From contig NC_043000.1 of assembly GCF_006345805.1 (NCBI RefSeq), positions 16,058,001 through 16,122,000 of the forward strand: a DNA stretch of 64,000 bases, written 5' to 3'. Both the position numbers and the translations under genes were made by a program. The stretch's first letter is position 1. Each line of letters opens with the position of its first letter. The DNA comes from Octopus sinensis (Eukaryota). Of this stretch, positions 40,725 to 53,782 are shown in pieces. Under the pieces are notes generated by a model. The model was given only the letters and a program-made list of their open reading frames with translations. It made no database searches and had not been told where the DNA came from.

Positions 40725-41890
40725 TTGGTGGTGGTGATGGTGGTGGTGGTGGTGGTGGTGGTGGTGATAGTGGTTGTAGTGGTGGTGGTGGTGGTGATGG
40801 TGGTGGTGATGGTTGTGGTGGTGGTGGTGGTGGTGATGATTGTGGTGGTGGTGGTGGTTGGTGGTGGTGGTGGTGGTGGTGGTGGTGGTGATGGTTGTGG
40901 TGGTGATGGTGGTGGTGGTGGTGGTGGTGATAGTGGTAAAGTGGTGGTGGTGGTGTTAGTGGTTGTAGTGGTGGTGGTGGTGGTAGTGATAGTGGTTGTA
41001 GTGGTGGTGGTGTGGTGTGGTGATGGTTGTGGTGGTGGTTGGTGATGGTTGTGGTGGTGGTGGTGGTGGTGATGGTTGTGGTGGTGGTGGTGGTAGTGGT
41101 TGTGGTGGTGGTAGTGGTTGTGGTGGTGGTGGTGGTGATGGTTGTGGTGGTGGTGGTGGTGGTGGTGGTGGTGATGGTGGTAAAGTGGTGATGGTGGTGG
41201 TGGTGGTGGTGGTGGTGTTAGTGGTTGTAGTGGTGGTGGTGGTGGTAGTGATAGTGGTTGTAGTGGTGGTGGTGGTGGTGGTGTGGTGGTGACGGTTGTG
41301 TGTGGTGGTGGTGATGGTTGTGGTGGTGGTGGTGGTGATGGTTGTGGTGGTGGTGGTGGTAGTGGTTGTTGTGGTGGTAGTGGTTGTGGTGGTGGTGGTG
41401 GTGGTGGTGGTGGTGGTGGTGGTAAAGTGGTGATGGTGGTGGTGGTGGTGGTGGTGTTAGTGGTTGTAGTGGTGGTGGTGGTGGTAGTGATAGTGGTTGT
41501 AGTGGTGGTGGTGGTGGTGGTGGTGATGGTTGTGGTGGTGGTGGTGGTGATGGTTGTGGTGGTGGTGGTGATTGTGGTGGTGGTAGTGGTTGTGGTGGTG
41601 GTGGTTGTGGTGGTGGTGGTGGTGATGGTTGTGGTGGTGGTGGTGGTGGTGGTGGTGGTAAAGTGGGGTGGTGGTGGTTGTAGTGGTGGTGGTGGTGGTA
41701 GTGATAGTGGTTGTAGTGGTGGTGGTGGTGGTGGTGGTGATGGTTGTGGTGGTGGTGGTGATGGTTGTGGTGGTGGTGGTGGTGGTAGTGATTGTGGTGG
41801 TGGTGGTTGTGGTGGTGGTGGTGATGGTTGTGGTGGTGGTGGTGGTAGTGGTTGTGGTGGTGGTAGTGGTTGTGGTGGTGGTGGTAATAA
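40725..41890. repeat. Degenerate (GGT)n array
   Basis: Seen directly in the sequence. Confidence 0.95.
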
Positions 41891-42414
41891 GAGGTGATAA
41901 AAATTCTGCTTCCATGGCTAATAATTAGTTTATGATAGGTGGTAGTCGTGGAGGTGGTTGTGGTGTAGCGATGGCATGGTGGGCAGTAATAGGCGATAGT
42001 GATTGTGGTTGTGGTGTGTGGTGGTAGTGGCAGTAGATGTGGTCGTGGCTGTGGTCATCGTCGTCATAGTAAGAGTGGTAGTGATTGTGGTAATATTGGT
42101 TGTAGAGGTAGTGATTGTGGTAATATTGGTTGTAGAGGTAGTGGTGGTGATGGTTGTGGTTGTGGTAATGTTCAGTAACAGTGGTAGTTTTACAGTGGTA
42201 GTTTTGCAAGTAGGAGTTTGGCTATGTAGTAAACACAGCATTTGTAGTTGAACATTTTGCTGTGGTCAAAGCAATGTCTCAAGTAAAGTTGTTGTTTAAC
42301 CCCAGGTCAGTACTGATTGAACAGATCTAGGATCAAAAGCAACAAGCACATTCCATTTGTGGGGTATCCCATATTTTCTTTCTTTCATGCATATGTTTAG
42401 TGCTATATCATGTT

Positions 42415-42722
42415 GTTGTTTGTTCCTTCTCGAGCCATGCCTGGCTCATAATGGCCGGTTTCCCAGTTTCATTGGCGTACAGGTTCCCCACCTGGACGAG
42501 ATGCCAGTCCATCGCAGGTGAGCTGCTAGATGCAGGAGGAAAGAGTGAGAGAAAGTTGTGGTGAAAGAGTCAGCAGAAGTTCGCTATTACCTTCTGCTGG
42601 ATTCACGTAGAGCTTAGGTGTTTTGTTCATAAACACACACATCGCCCGGTCTGAGATTCGAACCTGCGATCCCTCAACCGTTAGTCCACTGCTCTAACAA
42701 CTAGGCCATGTGCCTCCACTAG
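42415..42722 (-). mobile_element. SINE with a related head and a third 3' tail
   Basis: Head gtggaggcacatggcc; central tctttcaccacaactttctctcactctt; tail acctgcgatggactggc...gaaggaac(aac)n. Confidence 0.7.
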
Positions 42723-43140
42723 TGCTACATTATACTTTATCCAATCTGCCCCACTTTTTTTTGAGGCAGTAAGATGTGATACGAAGGGGACTTAGCAGCT
42801 ACTTTTAGCAGATCTAGTGACCATACAGAACCAATATTTTCATTTTTGTTACAAGGACCTATCCCTAGTGCCACTACCTGTAACACCATTAATTTAACTA
42901 CTGCCACTGGCACTCCATTAGTTACAACAGTAAGAGTTCCATTTAATCAGATCGAGAGAACAGTCTGCTTGTAGAACTAACATGCAAGTGGCGGAGCGCT
43001 CCACAGACATGTGTGCCTTCAACATAGTTCTCAGGGAGATTCAGCATGACACAGAAAGTGACAAGACTGGCCCTTTGAAATACAGGTACAACTTGCTTTT
43101 GCCAGCTGAGTGGACTGGAGCAACATGAAATAAAGCGTCT

Positions 43141-43372
43141 TAAGGCGGCGAGCTGGCAGAAACGTTAGCACGCCGGGCGAAATGCTTTGTGGTATTTCGT
43201 CTGCCGCTATGTTCTGAGTTCAAATTCCACCGAGGTCGACTTCGCCTTTCGTCCTTTCGGGGTCGATTAAATAAGTACCAGTTACGCACTAGGGTCGATA
43301 TAATCGACTTAATCCGTTTGTCTGTCCTTGTTTGTCACCTTTATGTTTAGCCCCTTGTGGGTAGTAAAGAAA
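43141..43372 (+). mobile_element. tRNA SINE with a Meta-domain-like centre (gactttgcctttcatcctttcggggtcgat...aagtaccag)
   Basis: B box gagttcaaattcc; TSD gcaacatgaaataaagc on both sides. Other copies at about 1970-2120, 2715-2860, 16230-16460, 34520-34920, 36350-36690, 48983-49217 (TSD agaaatggtaaatgg), 54110-54250, 60160-60640, 62550-62760, 63230-63462. The domain name is from memory. Confidence 0.75.
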
Positions 43373-43534
43373 TATGCAACATGAAATAAAGCATCTTGCT
43401 CAAGGATACAACACCAGTGAGAATTGAACTCACAACCTTATGATTGTGAGTCAAATACACTAATGACTAATCCACACGCCTTCATACCACTGCCACTATC
43501 AACATCCTGACATCCTCAGCATATAATGCTTTTG

Positions 43535-44135
43535 CTTCTACTCTATACTCTATACTCCTATTACTCTATACTCCTCTATACCAGCACTCTCTACTCCTAT
43601 TACTCTATACTCCTCTATACCAGCACTCTCTACTCCTATTACTCTATACTCCTCTATACCAGCACTCTCTACTCCTATTACTCTATACTCCTCTATACCA
43701 GCACTCTCTACTCCTATTACTCTATACTCCTCTATACCAGCACTCTATACTCCTCTATACCAGCACTCTATACTCCTATTACTCTATACTCCTCTATACC
43801 AGCACTCTATACTCCTGTTACTCTATACTCCTCTATACCAGCACTCTATACTCCTATTACTCTATACTCCTCTATACCAGCACTTTCTACTCCTATTACT
43901 CTATACTCCTCTATACCAGCACTCTATACTCCTGTTACTCTATACTCCTCTATACCAGCACTCTATACTCCTATTACTCTATACTCCTCTATACCAGCAC
44001 TCTATGCTCCTATTACTCTATACTCCTCTATACCAGCACTCTATACTCCTATTACTCTATACTCCTCTATACCAGCACTCTATACTCCTGTTACTCTATA
44101 CTCCTCTATACCAGCACTCTATACTCCTATTACTG
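43535..44135. repeat. 39-bp minisatellite, ~15 copies
   Basis: Unit ctctatactcctattactctatactcctctataccagca. Confidence 0.95.
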
Positions 44136-44332
44136 TTGCTACTATCTCTACCACACCATTACCAATGTGCCCTTCCCCCACTATTAACACTACCACCAGG
44201 TATAAAACATTTTGGCACAGCTGTTTGACACCACTGATTCGATGCTGACTTATTTGACATCAGACGATTTAATGTTTCTCTTGTTCTTTCTACCCTTCCT
44301 CTTCCCACCTCTCTCTCACTATCACACACACA

Positions 44333-44366
<34 letters not shown>

Positions 44367-44673
44367 TTCTCTCTCTCTCCTTCTCTCTCTCTTTCCCTCT
44401 TTCTGCCCCTTTCCCTCCTTTTCTCTTTCTCTCCCCCTTTCTCTCTCTTTGTTTATCTGTGTAAGCATATTTCTTTTTATGCATATGAGGAGAGGGTAAG
44501 TGTTTATGTCAATTATTTTCAATGAATAAATCATTGTCTCTCTCTCTGTCTATCTCTATCTCTGCCTGTCTCTCTCTCTCTTTCTTTCTTTCTCTCTCTC
44601 CCTGTCTGCCTCTGTCTGTCTGTCTGTCTATCTCTCTCTCTGTCTATCTCTGTCTATCTGTCTTTCTCTCTCC

Positions 44674-44740
<67 letters not shown>

Positions 44741-44741
<1 letters not shown>

Positions 44742-46554
44742 ACGTATTGACTCTTGAGCCACTACTGCGGAAGCTGGCGACTCTAAGGGGCATCCCGCGA
44801 GAATTGGGATGCGGGACGAGCGTGTCTGCATACGCGGACGACGTCACCGTCATAGTGTCAAGCCACGAGCACATCGAGCGGGTCGGCGAGACACTAAAAG
44901 ACTACGAAGCGGTGACAGGAGCAAAAATCAACCGGGAAAAGTCAGTGGGCTTGCGGCTCGGCACCTGGAGAAGCAAGCCCGTGCCGTCCACCAGTACCTC
45001 CGTCGTGGGACGCTGGACAGACGGCCCGGTTGAGTTGCTCGGGGTCTGGTTCGGTCCGGACCTCCAAATGGAGAAGAACTGGAACGAGATAACGAGAGGA
45101 AACTGTCCCTAAAAGGTCGGGCGGAGGTGGTGAACGCGTACATCGCGTCCATCATCTACTACCGCCTGACCGTCGTACCTTGTCCCGACCCTACCATCAC
45201 CAAACTAGAACGCATTCTCTTCCGCTTCTTGTGGAAAGGATGTGTCCCGATGGTCAGGCGATCCATTTGCTGTCAACACACCGTTAAAAGGAGGGCTGGG
45301 CATGCCGTGGTTGGATGATGCGCAGACACGCGCTGAGACTGCGACATCTCCGGCTCTATGTAGACGACGGTGAACAGGTGTGGTCGCCGTTTGTGAGGCA
45401 CGCATTCCCGCAACTCGTCTCCATGACCGAACTACAGTCGTGGATCAAAAAGAGGCCGAGGAAGGGCGAATGGCACCGCGAGTGTCGCGTTGCTCTCAAG
45501 CAACTCTGCCATCCCGGGTCGACCTTGAGTGACTTCAACACAACCCCAAGCATTCTATAGGGGATTAGTGGAGGGGAGGTACGACGACGAGCTCGGGGCA
45601 AACCTGGGCGTCGACGAGGATACCTGACCCGCCTGTTTCAAACGACTTTCGGCCCGGGACCTATGGACAACTTCCAGAGATCCCTGGCCTGGCGGTGCTA
45701 CCAAGAAGCGCTACCCGTTCGGGATAAGCTCTATAGGCATGGCTCGAGAAACACGGGGCCGACCTGCCCGAGATGCGGGCAGAGTGACGAAACCACTCTG
45801 CATGCAATCGTGCAGTGTCCAGCAATTTCCGACCTGTGGGCTTATGTCAAACGACTGCTGTCACGTGTGGGACGTGTCGGTTTATCAGCCGAGTCTATCG
45901 TTAATATCGTCACGCCTCCTTCCTTCAAACGGGAAGGAAGAGCTATTTTTATCATACTTGTGGCTATGGCGAAAGAATGTATCTGGTGGACGCGCCTGAA
46001 AGGATTAGAGACAAACACTTTCCTCTCTGGTCAATCTCTCATCAACTTCTTCAAGTATCACTTGAAGAGGAAAGTGAGAGTAGAGAGGCAAGTTTTGTCT
46101 AGTGAATGTTTTAAAAAAAGATGGTGAATGTAGCAAGGATGGCACGTATGAATGACGAAGCCACCTTGACTATGATCTATGAACCGTAAAAATTAATACA
46201 GAGAGTTGCTTATTTGCAAAAAAAAAAAGAAATATAACATGTGACTTCATTGACCGAGGTTACCGTGGTCTTTTCCGTAGGCTTTTCTTTCCACGGGTAA
46301 ACCTCACCTGTTCTCCCCCTTTACACTTCATATTGACATTTCTGTGATAACGATCCCTATTGATCAATTTTTTTGCTCTCCCCCCACCTTTTTTTTTTTT
46401 TATTAACCCCTCCCTTTTTTTTGTCCTCTTTCTTTCCTTTTAGGATCCCTTTTGATCGAAAACCACCACTCCCTTTTTTTTACCCCCAAAAGAAAAGCTC
46501 TACCTTGTAATTTGTTCTATCTGTGTGCAGCCCTGTGTGGCTAATTAAAAAACA
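44741..46554 (+). mobile_element. 5'-truncated Tx1/L1-clade LINE (RT C-half, zinc-finger region, 3'UTR)
   Basis: YVLTLEPLL...AYADDV...KINREKS...LLGVWFG; C-terminal CPRC-x8-H-x4-C; frameshifts; 3'UTR ends gctaattaaaaaa; both flanks are (TATC)n. Confidence 0.9.
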
Positions 46555-46596
<42 letters not shown>

Positions 46597-46628
46597 CCTA
46601 CCTACATACCAACCTACCTATCTATCTT

Positions 46629-46669
<41 letters not shown>

Positions 46670-46685
46670 TTCTATCTATCTATCC

Positions 46686-46731
<46 letters not shown>

Positions 46732-47089
46732 ATCTATCTATCTATCTATCTCCCCTTTCTTTCTCACTCTTTTAATCCGGTAAGTAGCTTGCTAACCAAC
46801 CACATGGTTCTGGGTTCAGTCCCACTGCGTGGCATCTTGGCCAAGTGTCTTCTGCTATAGCCCCGGGCCGACCAAAGAATTTCTGTTTGCACATGCAAGC
46901 ATATATGTCTTGTCTCCAGCAACTAAACAACTGGCACCAAAACAAACTACATCAACCACCTCCAAACAACCACACCCAATTGTTTCACTCTCCTACCACT
47001 ATTTCGCCAGCCATTACAATTGAGGCCACCACTACTCTCTCCCTTTTTATGATTGTTTCCCCTCTAATCATTAATATTACCTCCATTTG

Positions 47090-48410
47090 CTACTGATATC
47101 CCTCCCACCACCACTATTGTTTTTACTCCCACTGCTACTATCATTACCCCCTCCCCCCGCACACACTTCAATTACCATGTTGCTCATGCCATTACCACCA
47201 CTGTCATCACCAATTACCACTGTGGTGCTAGAGCCACCCCTCCCTATGGCTATTACTCTTACCATCACCACTGCTATCACCGCCACTGCCACCATCACTA
47301 TCACCACTACTACCACAACCACCATCACCATTGCCATCATCACCAGCATCACCATCATCACTACCACCAGAACCACTGTCACCACTACCACCACCACCAC
47401 TACCATCACCACCAACAACAACACCTTCACCACTGCTACCACCCCCACCACTACCATCAACATCACCATCACCACCACCACCGTCACCACTACCACCTCC
47501 AAATACAACAACAACAACAACACCTTCACCACTGCTACCCCCACCACCACCAACATCACTATCACCACCACCATTGCCACCACCATTACCACCACCATCA
47601 CCAACACCAACACCATCACCACCACCAGCAACAACAACACCTTCACCACTCCTACCACCCCCAACCACCACCACCACCATCAACATCATCATCACTACCA
47701 CCACCACCACCGTCACCACTACCAACAACAACAGCAACACCATCACCACTGCTACCACCATCACCACCACCATCAACATCACCACCACCACCACCATCAC
47801 CACAACCACTATCACCACCACCACTACCATCAACACCACCACCATCACCACCATTACCATCACCACCACCACCACCATCTTTTCCACTTGCTCCTTCCTA
47901 TAGACCCACAAGTGCACAAAATGACCCAGCTGTTCCTTCCCAGGGATATCCCTATCAGTTACCGTCCTTCCACCAGCACAAACCCTTCCCTTCTGTCCTG
48001 GTATGTTATTAACCACAATATGAACTACAACTTGATAGTTCCCTAAGGAGATTAGGAGCTAGGGAATTGCTTTGGGTATTCTCTTCTTCCTTCACTACCA
48101 TTTTTCCTCCTTTCCCTCCTCCTCCTCCTGTCCATCCACTCCTCTCCTTCCTCCTTCCCTTCTCCTCTTCCCTTCTCCTCTTCCCTTCTCCTCCTCCTCA
48201 CATATCCTCCTCCTCACCCATCCTCCTCCTCACCCATTCTCCTCCTCCTCCTCCTCACCCATCCTCCTCTGCCTTCTTCCCTCTCCCTTCTCCTCTCCTC
48301 TCCTCTCCCTCCTCTTCCTCTTCGCCTATCCTCCTCCTCTCCCATTCTCCGCTTTCTCCTTTCCCTCTCCCTCTTCCCCCCTTACCCCACTCCCACCCTC
48401 CTCTCCTCTG
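47090..48410. repeat. (ACC)n array followed by a CT-rich polypyrimidine tract
   Basis: (ACC)n at about 47280-47880; (CCT/CT)n at about 48080-48410. Confidence 0.9.
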
Positions 48411-50121
48411 AAAGAAGCCTATCATATGTATGTGTGTGTGTGTCTTTGTGGATATGTTTGTCCTCCACCACCACTTGGCAAGTGGCATTGGTTTGTTTAC
48501 ATCCCTTTAACTTAGCGGTTCAGCAAAAGACACCAATAGAATAAGTACCAGACTTTACAAAAATGTCATAAATGCTGAAGCTGATAACTTCAAATAAGAA
48601 TTCTTCAAGGTGTTGCCCCAGCATGGCCACAGTCTAATGATTGAAACAAGTAAAAGATAAAAAATTATCAGCACCAAACATTTTCTGGGTACATGTATAG
48701 TTGTTTGGTTAAGAACGTTGCTATTTTGTCTGTCCTTGTTTGTCCCCTCTATGTTTAGCCCCTTGTGGGCAATAAAGAAAATAAGAAGGTTGCTAAGTAA
48801 TAAACATAATTTAGGGTTTGATCTTACCGTGTGACCCCTTAATTATGAGTTGGCCAAAATTTGATGAATGGAATTCTGTAAAAAGAAACCGTGTGAAACC
48901 AGCACTGAATTAACCATTAGGCAAAATAAGCATGTGTTTAGGGCATCGAGGGAAGGAGAGCATCACAGAAATGGTAAATGGATAAGGCGGCGAGCTGGCA
49001 GAAACATTAACATGCTGGGCAAAATGCTTAGCAGTATTTCGTCTGCCATTACATTCGGAGTTCAAATTCCACCAAGGTCGACTTTGCCTTCCATTTTTTT
49101 TGGGGTCAATAAATTAATTACCAGTTACGCACTGGGGTCGATCTAATTGACTTAATCCCTTTGTCTGTCCTTGCTTGTCTCCTCTATGTTTAGCCCCTTG
49201 TGGGCAATAAAGAAATAAGAAATGGTAAATGGTTTATGGTACGGAAGAAATCATTTACTTACTAAAATGATATTTGAAGTGGTTTACATTATTGGAAATA
49301 TAATTTCAAAGTGTTCCTTGTGCCATAGTGAGAATCTAATGAAAGATTTTGCAATTAAAATAAATAGGAGAAAACTTTTCAATTACAAATAAAGTGGAAG
49401 TAAGCAAAAATAAACATTATTTTCCATCTTACAGTGAGTTTTGTTTCATTTTGGAAAATAAAAATTTATGTTATGGCTTATACTTTGAATTTTATGGAGG
49501 TACCAAAATCCTTTAAGGGCTTAGGTCCTCTATGGTCTTTATCTGGCCCTGTGTGGAACCCATCAAAGATATACTTCTTATTCTTTATCTACTAGACTTT
49601 CATATCTCCTTATTCATTGCTGGTCACAAGATGGTTCCATTCTTTCCTTGATTGCACCTTCTCTTCCACTTGGGCCTAAATTGTTTGAATATGTTGTGGC
49701 TGTATCTTTTTTTTTCCTGCTGTTTTCCAGGTGGTTTCTTCTGATCTTTTGAAAGCAAATCAACAACTGCACTGGTTCACCTGTTGTCTATGAACTATAC
49801 AACATGTCTAGCTCCAAGTTAAAGGTTAAAGCAAATTTTACTTGAAGAAAGGCTCAAAATTCTCCTATCAACCATTGGGAACCTTTATGAGTCAATTCCT
49901 TGACGTATTAGCATATTAATAGTATGATTCATGTGAAAAGTGGACCACCTCATATTAGATAATAAAACTTTCATTTAACAAGGTATTTTTTATTATTTAG
50001 TCCAACTCCTCTGTGTGTGTGTGTGTGAGTGTGTGTATGTACAATCACCATGATAGATCGGTAGCCACTACACACATTTTTTCTCTCCTTTTTTTTTCTC
50101 TCCTTGTTTCTTTCTGTGTTC

Positions 50122-50157
50122 CTTTCTGTGGAAGAGCCTAGGCTCGAAACATAAAAG
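50122..50157 (+). ncRNA. Hammerhead-like remnant
   Basis: cttt-CTGTGGA-a-gagc(ctag)gctc-GAAAC-ATA-aaag; core and cleavage triplet are mutated. Confidence 0.35.
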
Positions 50158-50226
50158 ACTTTTTCAATTCCTGAGCATTATACTAATACATGTTTGTTGG
50201 CTACATCACCTGTCTTTTGTTTTTTT

Positions 50227-50343
<117 letters not shown>

Positions 50344-51986
50344 ATTGTTTGTAGAAATACATAAATCCAGAGGAGAAGCATACTCTAAGATGTAGAGCAG
50401 TTAATATTATAGTGGGGTAGGCTGGTTTATGGGGTTACCCTAGGTCTCTCGCTCATAAGGGGTTTAGCCTTACAGTGTATCTTCAGACTCCAAACACTGA
50501 TGGCCTGAGACCTCTTTACAATACGAAGAGGGAAAAGCCTTGTTTTTAAGAGCAACACCCTAGGTGATTATCTCCTTCCATATTTCTCTATAACATATAA
50601 TATATATACACTTGATACACTCAGTGGCTACTACTAACTCCAGGCCATGACAGACAGACAGGATGCTCTTGAAGCCAAGAATTTGAATTTATGGAGACAA
50701 TATATATCACCTGAGGAAACACAACTAGATCTCATAATGCAAGGAAATGGTTGCATAACCAAGTACATGCAAGCTTTGAGAACTACATTGCATAGAAACA
50801 ATTGTAGTGATTGCAAATGTCCAACCGTACTCCTTCTTGTTGACTCTAACTTTTTCAATTATATATATATAACTATAATAAATACAGGGTAAAAATGATT
50901 AAATAAGTAATTTATACCAATGGTTAGCATGTGTAAGAAAGTCAGAAAACATAAATACTTTTATAATATAATAGTGTGTAAGAATGTTTACATGGAGGGG
51001 AGACCACCATGTGGACCCCTTACATGCTAGAGAGGACAGTCAAAACCCAATCCACGAAAAAACATTCTTACTTATTGCACATTACTTGTAAGCGAGCAGA
51101 ACACTTGAATGAATATAAATCTCAGTTAACTCTATACCCATGAGTTTCACCATTAATAATCAAATAAATCAATTAATTAGTTGGTTAATTGATTAATTAA
51201 CTATGTGTGGCTCGTTAGTAGAGTCGCTGGAAAATGCATAATTATGAAACTACACTACATACCAAAAACATAAAGTAAACACATGCGCATTTAGTTCCAT
51301 CTATATACATCAAGGATTCAAATCGAATGCCCTCTACCAACATGCAGAATCAGAGTAATACATCAGTGAATAAATTCAACCATGTATTATCTGCCGAAGA
51401 ATTTAAATAGTTAACTATATAAATACAGGGTAAAAATTATTAAACAAATGATTCATACCAGTGGTTAGCATGCATATATATATATATTGGTAAAAACGGT
51501 AAGATAACGAAAGAAAGAAAGAGACCTCAATATTATGTAAATAGAGGAAATTTATCTGTAAAATAATATGTGACAATTATTCGGTAGCCAAGATAACCGA
51601 AGAGATGGTGTTGTGAATTTCCACCTCAGCATCCGAAACTCAGAGTTTTATCTTGGCTATTGAATAATTGTCACATATTATTTTACAGATATATATATAT
51701 ATATATATATTGCTTGGAATGACCAAGTTTAAATACTGCTGGATCTCACTCATAAGGTATTGAAATCTTACATTGTGTATAAACTCTATATTTGGAAGGA
51801 CCCATTTTAAATTCCGTTGGATTTTACTCATAAGGTATTGGAATCTTACCTATATACCATTCTGCCTAAAAAATGGATCTACAACTTCAATATCCCTACA
51901 TATCTTGCATCTATTTTCTTTCCTCTACCTCACTCTCTACTTTGTATCACATCTAAACTAACTATTACTTAACCATCCTCTCACAC

Positions 51987-52040
51987 GGACTCCGATTAAG
52001 GGATATAATTAATAAATATCCTGGAAACAGCTGTAAGACC
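51987..52040 (+). ncRNA. Decayed hammerhead ribozyme remnant
   Basis: ccgattaa (2 mismatches to CTGATGAA), stem II gggatat/atatcct, then GAAAC-agct-GTA-agac with a palindromic stem III loop. Confidence 0.55.
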
Positions 52041-52552
52041 TTCTATCTATAAATGCTCTAATATCTACACAGCCTTGGTTTTTTTATGTCATTACACAAA
52101 AAATTCTTATATACACATGCTGACATATGACCAATGTTGAACCTCTTACTCGCAAAATTACCGAACCTGGAACTTAACTATGGTCTGTCTATAGCACTTA
52201 TTCAGCATTACCTGACACCTTTGGGTCCCAATGACACCATTACCTATATAACCTCAATATATATATATATATATATCACAATCAAGGAACGGCCATAATA
52301 GGCCATTCACCCACTAGAAATAACAGCCAAAAGCTTCAACAGCAAAATAACATGTTATTTTGCGGTTGAAGCTTTGGCTGTTATTTCTAGTGGGTGAATG
52401 GCCTATTATGGCCGTTCCTTGATTGTGATGTTGAACTTAAAAATGGTCTATGACTATTTAATTTTTTCCCACTAGGCCGCTGGTGGCAAAAAATTCTACA
52501 AAATTTTTTTGCCACCCTATATTGATTAATTATATATATATATATATATATG

Positions 52553-52600
52553 TCACAACTGTCTGATGAACAGTCACATAAACTGAGTAACAGTTTGTGA
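52553..52600 (+). ncRNA. Decayed hammerhead ribozyme remnant
   Basis: Stem I tcacaactgt/acagtttgtga brackets CTGATGA...(g)AAAC-tga-GTA; the G of GAAA is missing. Lies next to (TA)n. Confidence 0.55.
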
Positions 52601-52697
52601 GGATTTTTTAGCTTTAATAAAATAGTATATTACTCTGCTTTGGAATTCAAGTACTATTTTTTCCACTGTATTTTGCACCTAAGTACTTACTTGTGTA

Positions 52698-52729
<32 letters not shown>

Positions 52730-53782
52730 TTAGCGTCCGCTTTCCATGCTAGCATGGGTTGGACGGTTCAACTGGGGTCTGTGAAGCCAGAAGGCTGCAT
52801 CAGGCCCAGTCTGATCTGGCAGTGTTTCTACAGCTGGATGCCCTTCCTAACGCCAACCACTCCATGAGTGTAGTGGGTGCTTTTTACGTGCCACCCACAC
52901 AGGACCAGACAGAGCTGGCAACGACCACGAATGGATGGTGCTTTTTACGTGTCACTGGCACAGAGGCCAGTCGGGGCAGCGCTGGCAACGGCCACGATCG
53001 GATGGTTCGCTTACTTGTCACCGGCACTGGTATCACAGCTGCAATTTCCATTGATGTTGATCGACTTCGATTTTGGTTCTGCTTTCTGATATCTGATTTG
53101 ATTTGGTTTGATTTGATTTTGATTTTGATTTTGAAGAAATTAAATAAAGGGCAAGGGTATATGAAATTATGCAATGAACATCATTAGCTTACAGCTGTTT
53201 CTGCCTCAAGATGCAATGCATTCAAAGTTGAGTACTTGTGTATGAACCTAGAGCAGGGGTTGGGGAACTTTTTTAAACAATTAGCCCAAAATATATTTAT
53301 TTATGCCGACATTACCCCCTTGATTTGAAAGGAAGAAAATTATAGATTCTTTGAATTCAAAACGTTTATTGAATCTGTTTATATGGAGAATACAATTAAA
53401 AATATAAAAAGTATAAAACAGATATGATAAAATAAATTAATATCCTCATTATGGAACAAAAGGATAGACTATTGAAAAGGTTGCAAGACGCAACGAAAAT
53501 TTTAGGGAAATAAAAACAAGAAATAAGTGGAAATTTTACTGGTGAGTGTGTTAAATTATAAGGCACAAAAAGAAAATGACTCTTTCCAGACACAACAGAA
53601 TTTTCACTTCAGATTTTGTAGAAATGATGTTGTTTCATTTTTGCTACAATTATGTCAAAATTTGGGCATTTTCGTGCCAGAGAAATTTGGATACAGTCTT
53701 CAGGGTCCAATCAATTACTCTGTTTTGTTTTAACATAAGATTATAAGTATTGCTAAATCTAAGCAAAATAAAACCATATATA

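Noticed and set aside
40625-42251. Long Gly/Val/Thr/His-rich ORFs
   Set aside because: Translations of (GGT)n; open in several frames and on both strands because the repeat lacks stops.
43526-44248. 240-aa repetitive ORF, or a CRISPR-like array
   Set aside because: 39-bp head-to-tail minisatellite with no unique spacers and no cas genes; eukaryotic context.
47077-48515. 190-319 aa mucin- or extensin-like ORFs
   Set aside because: (ACC)n and CT-rich simple repeats; no splice or domain evidence.
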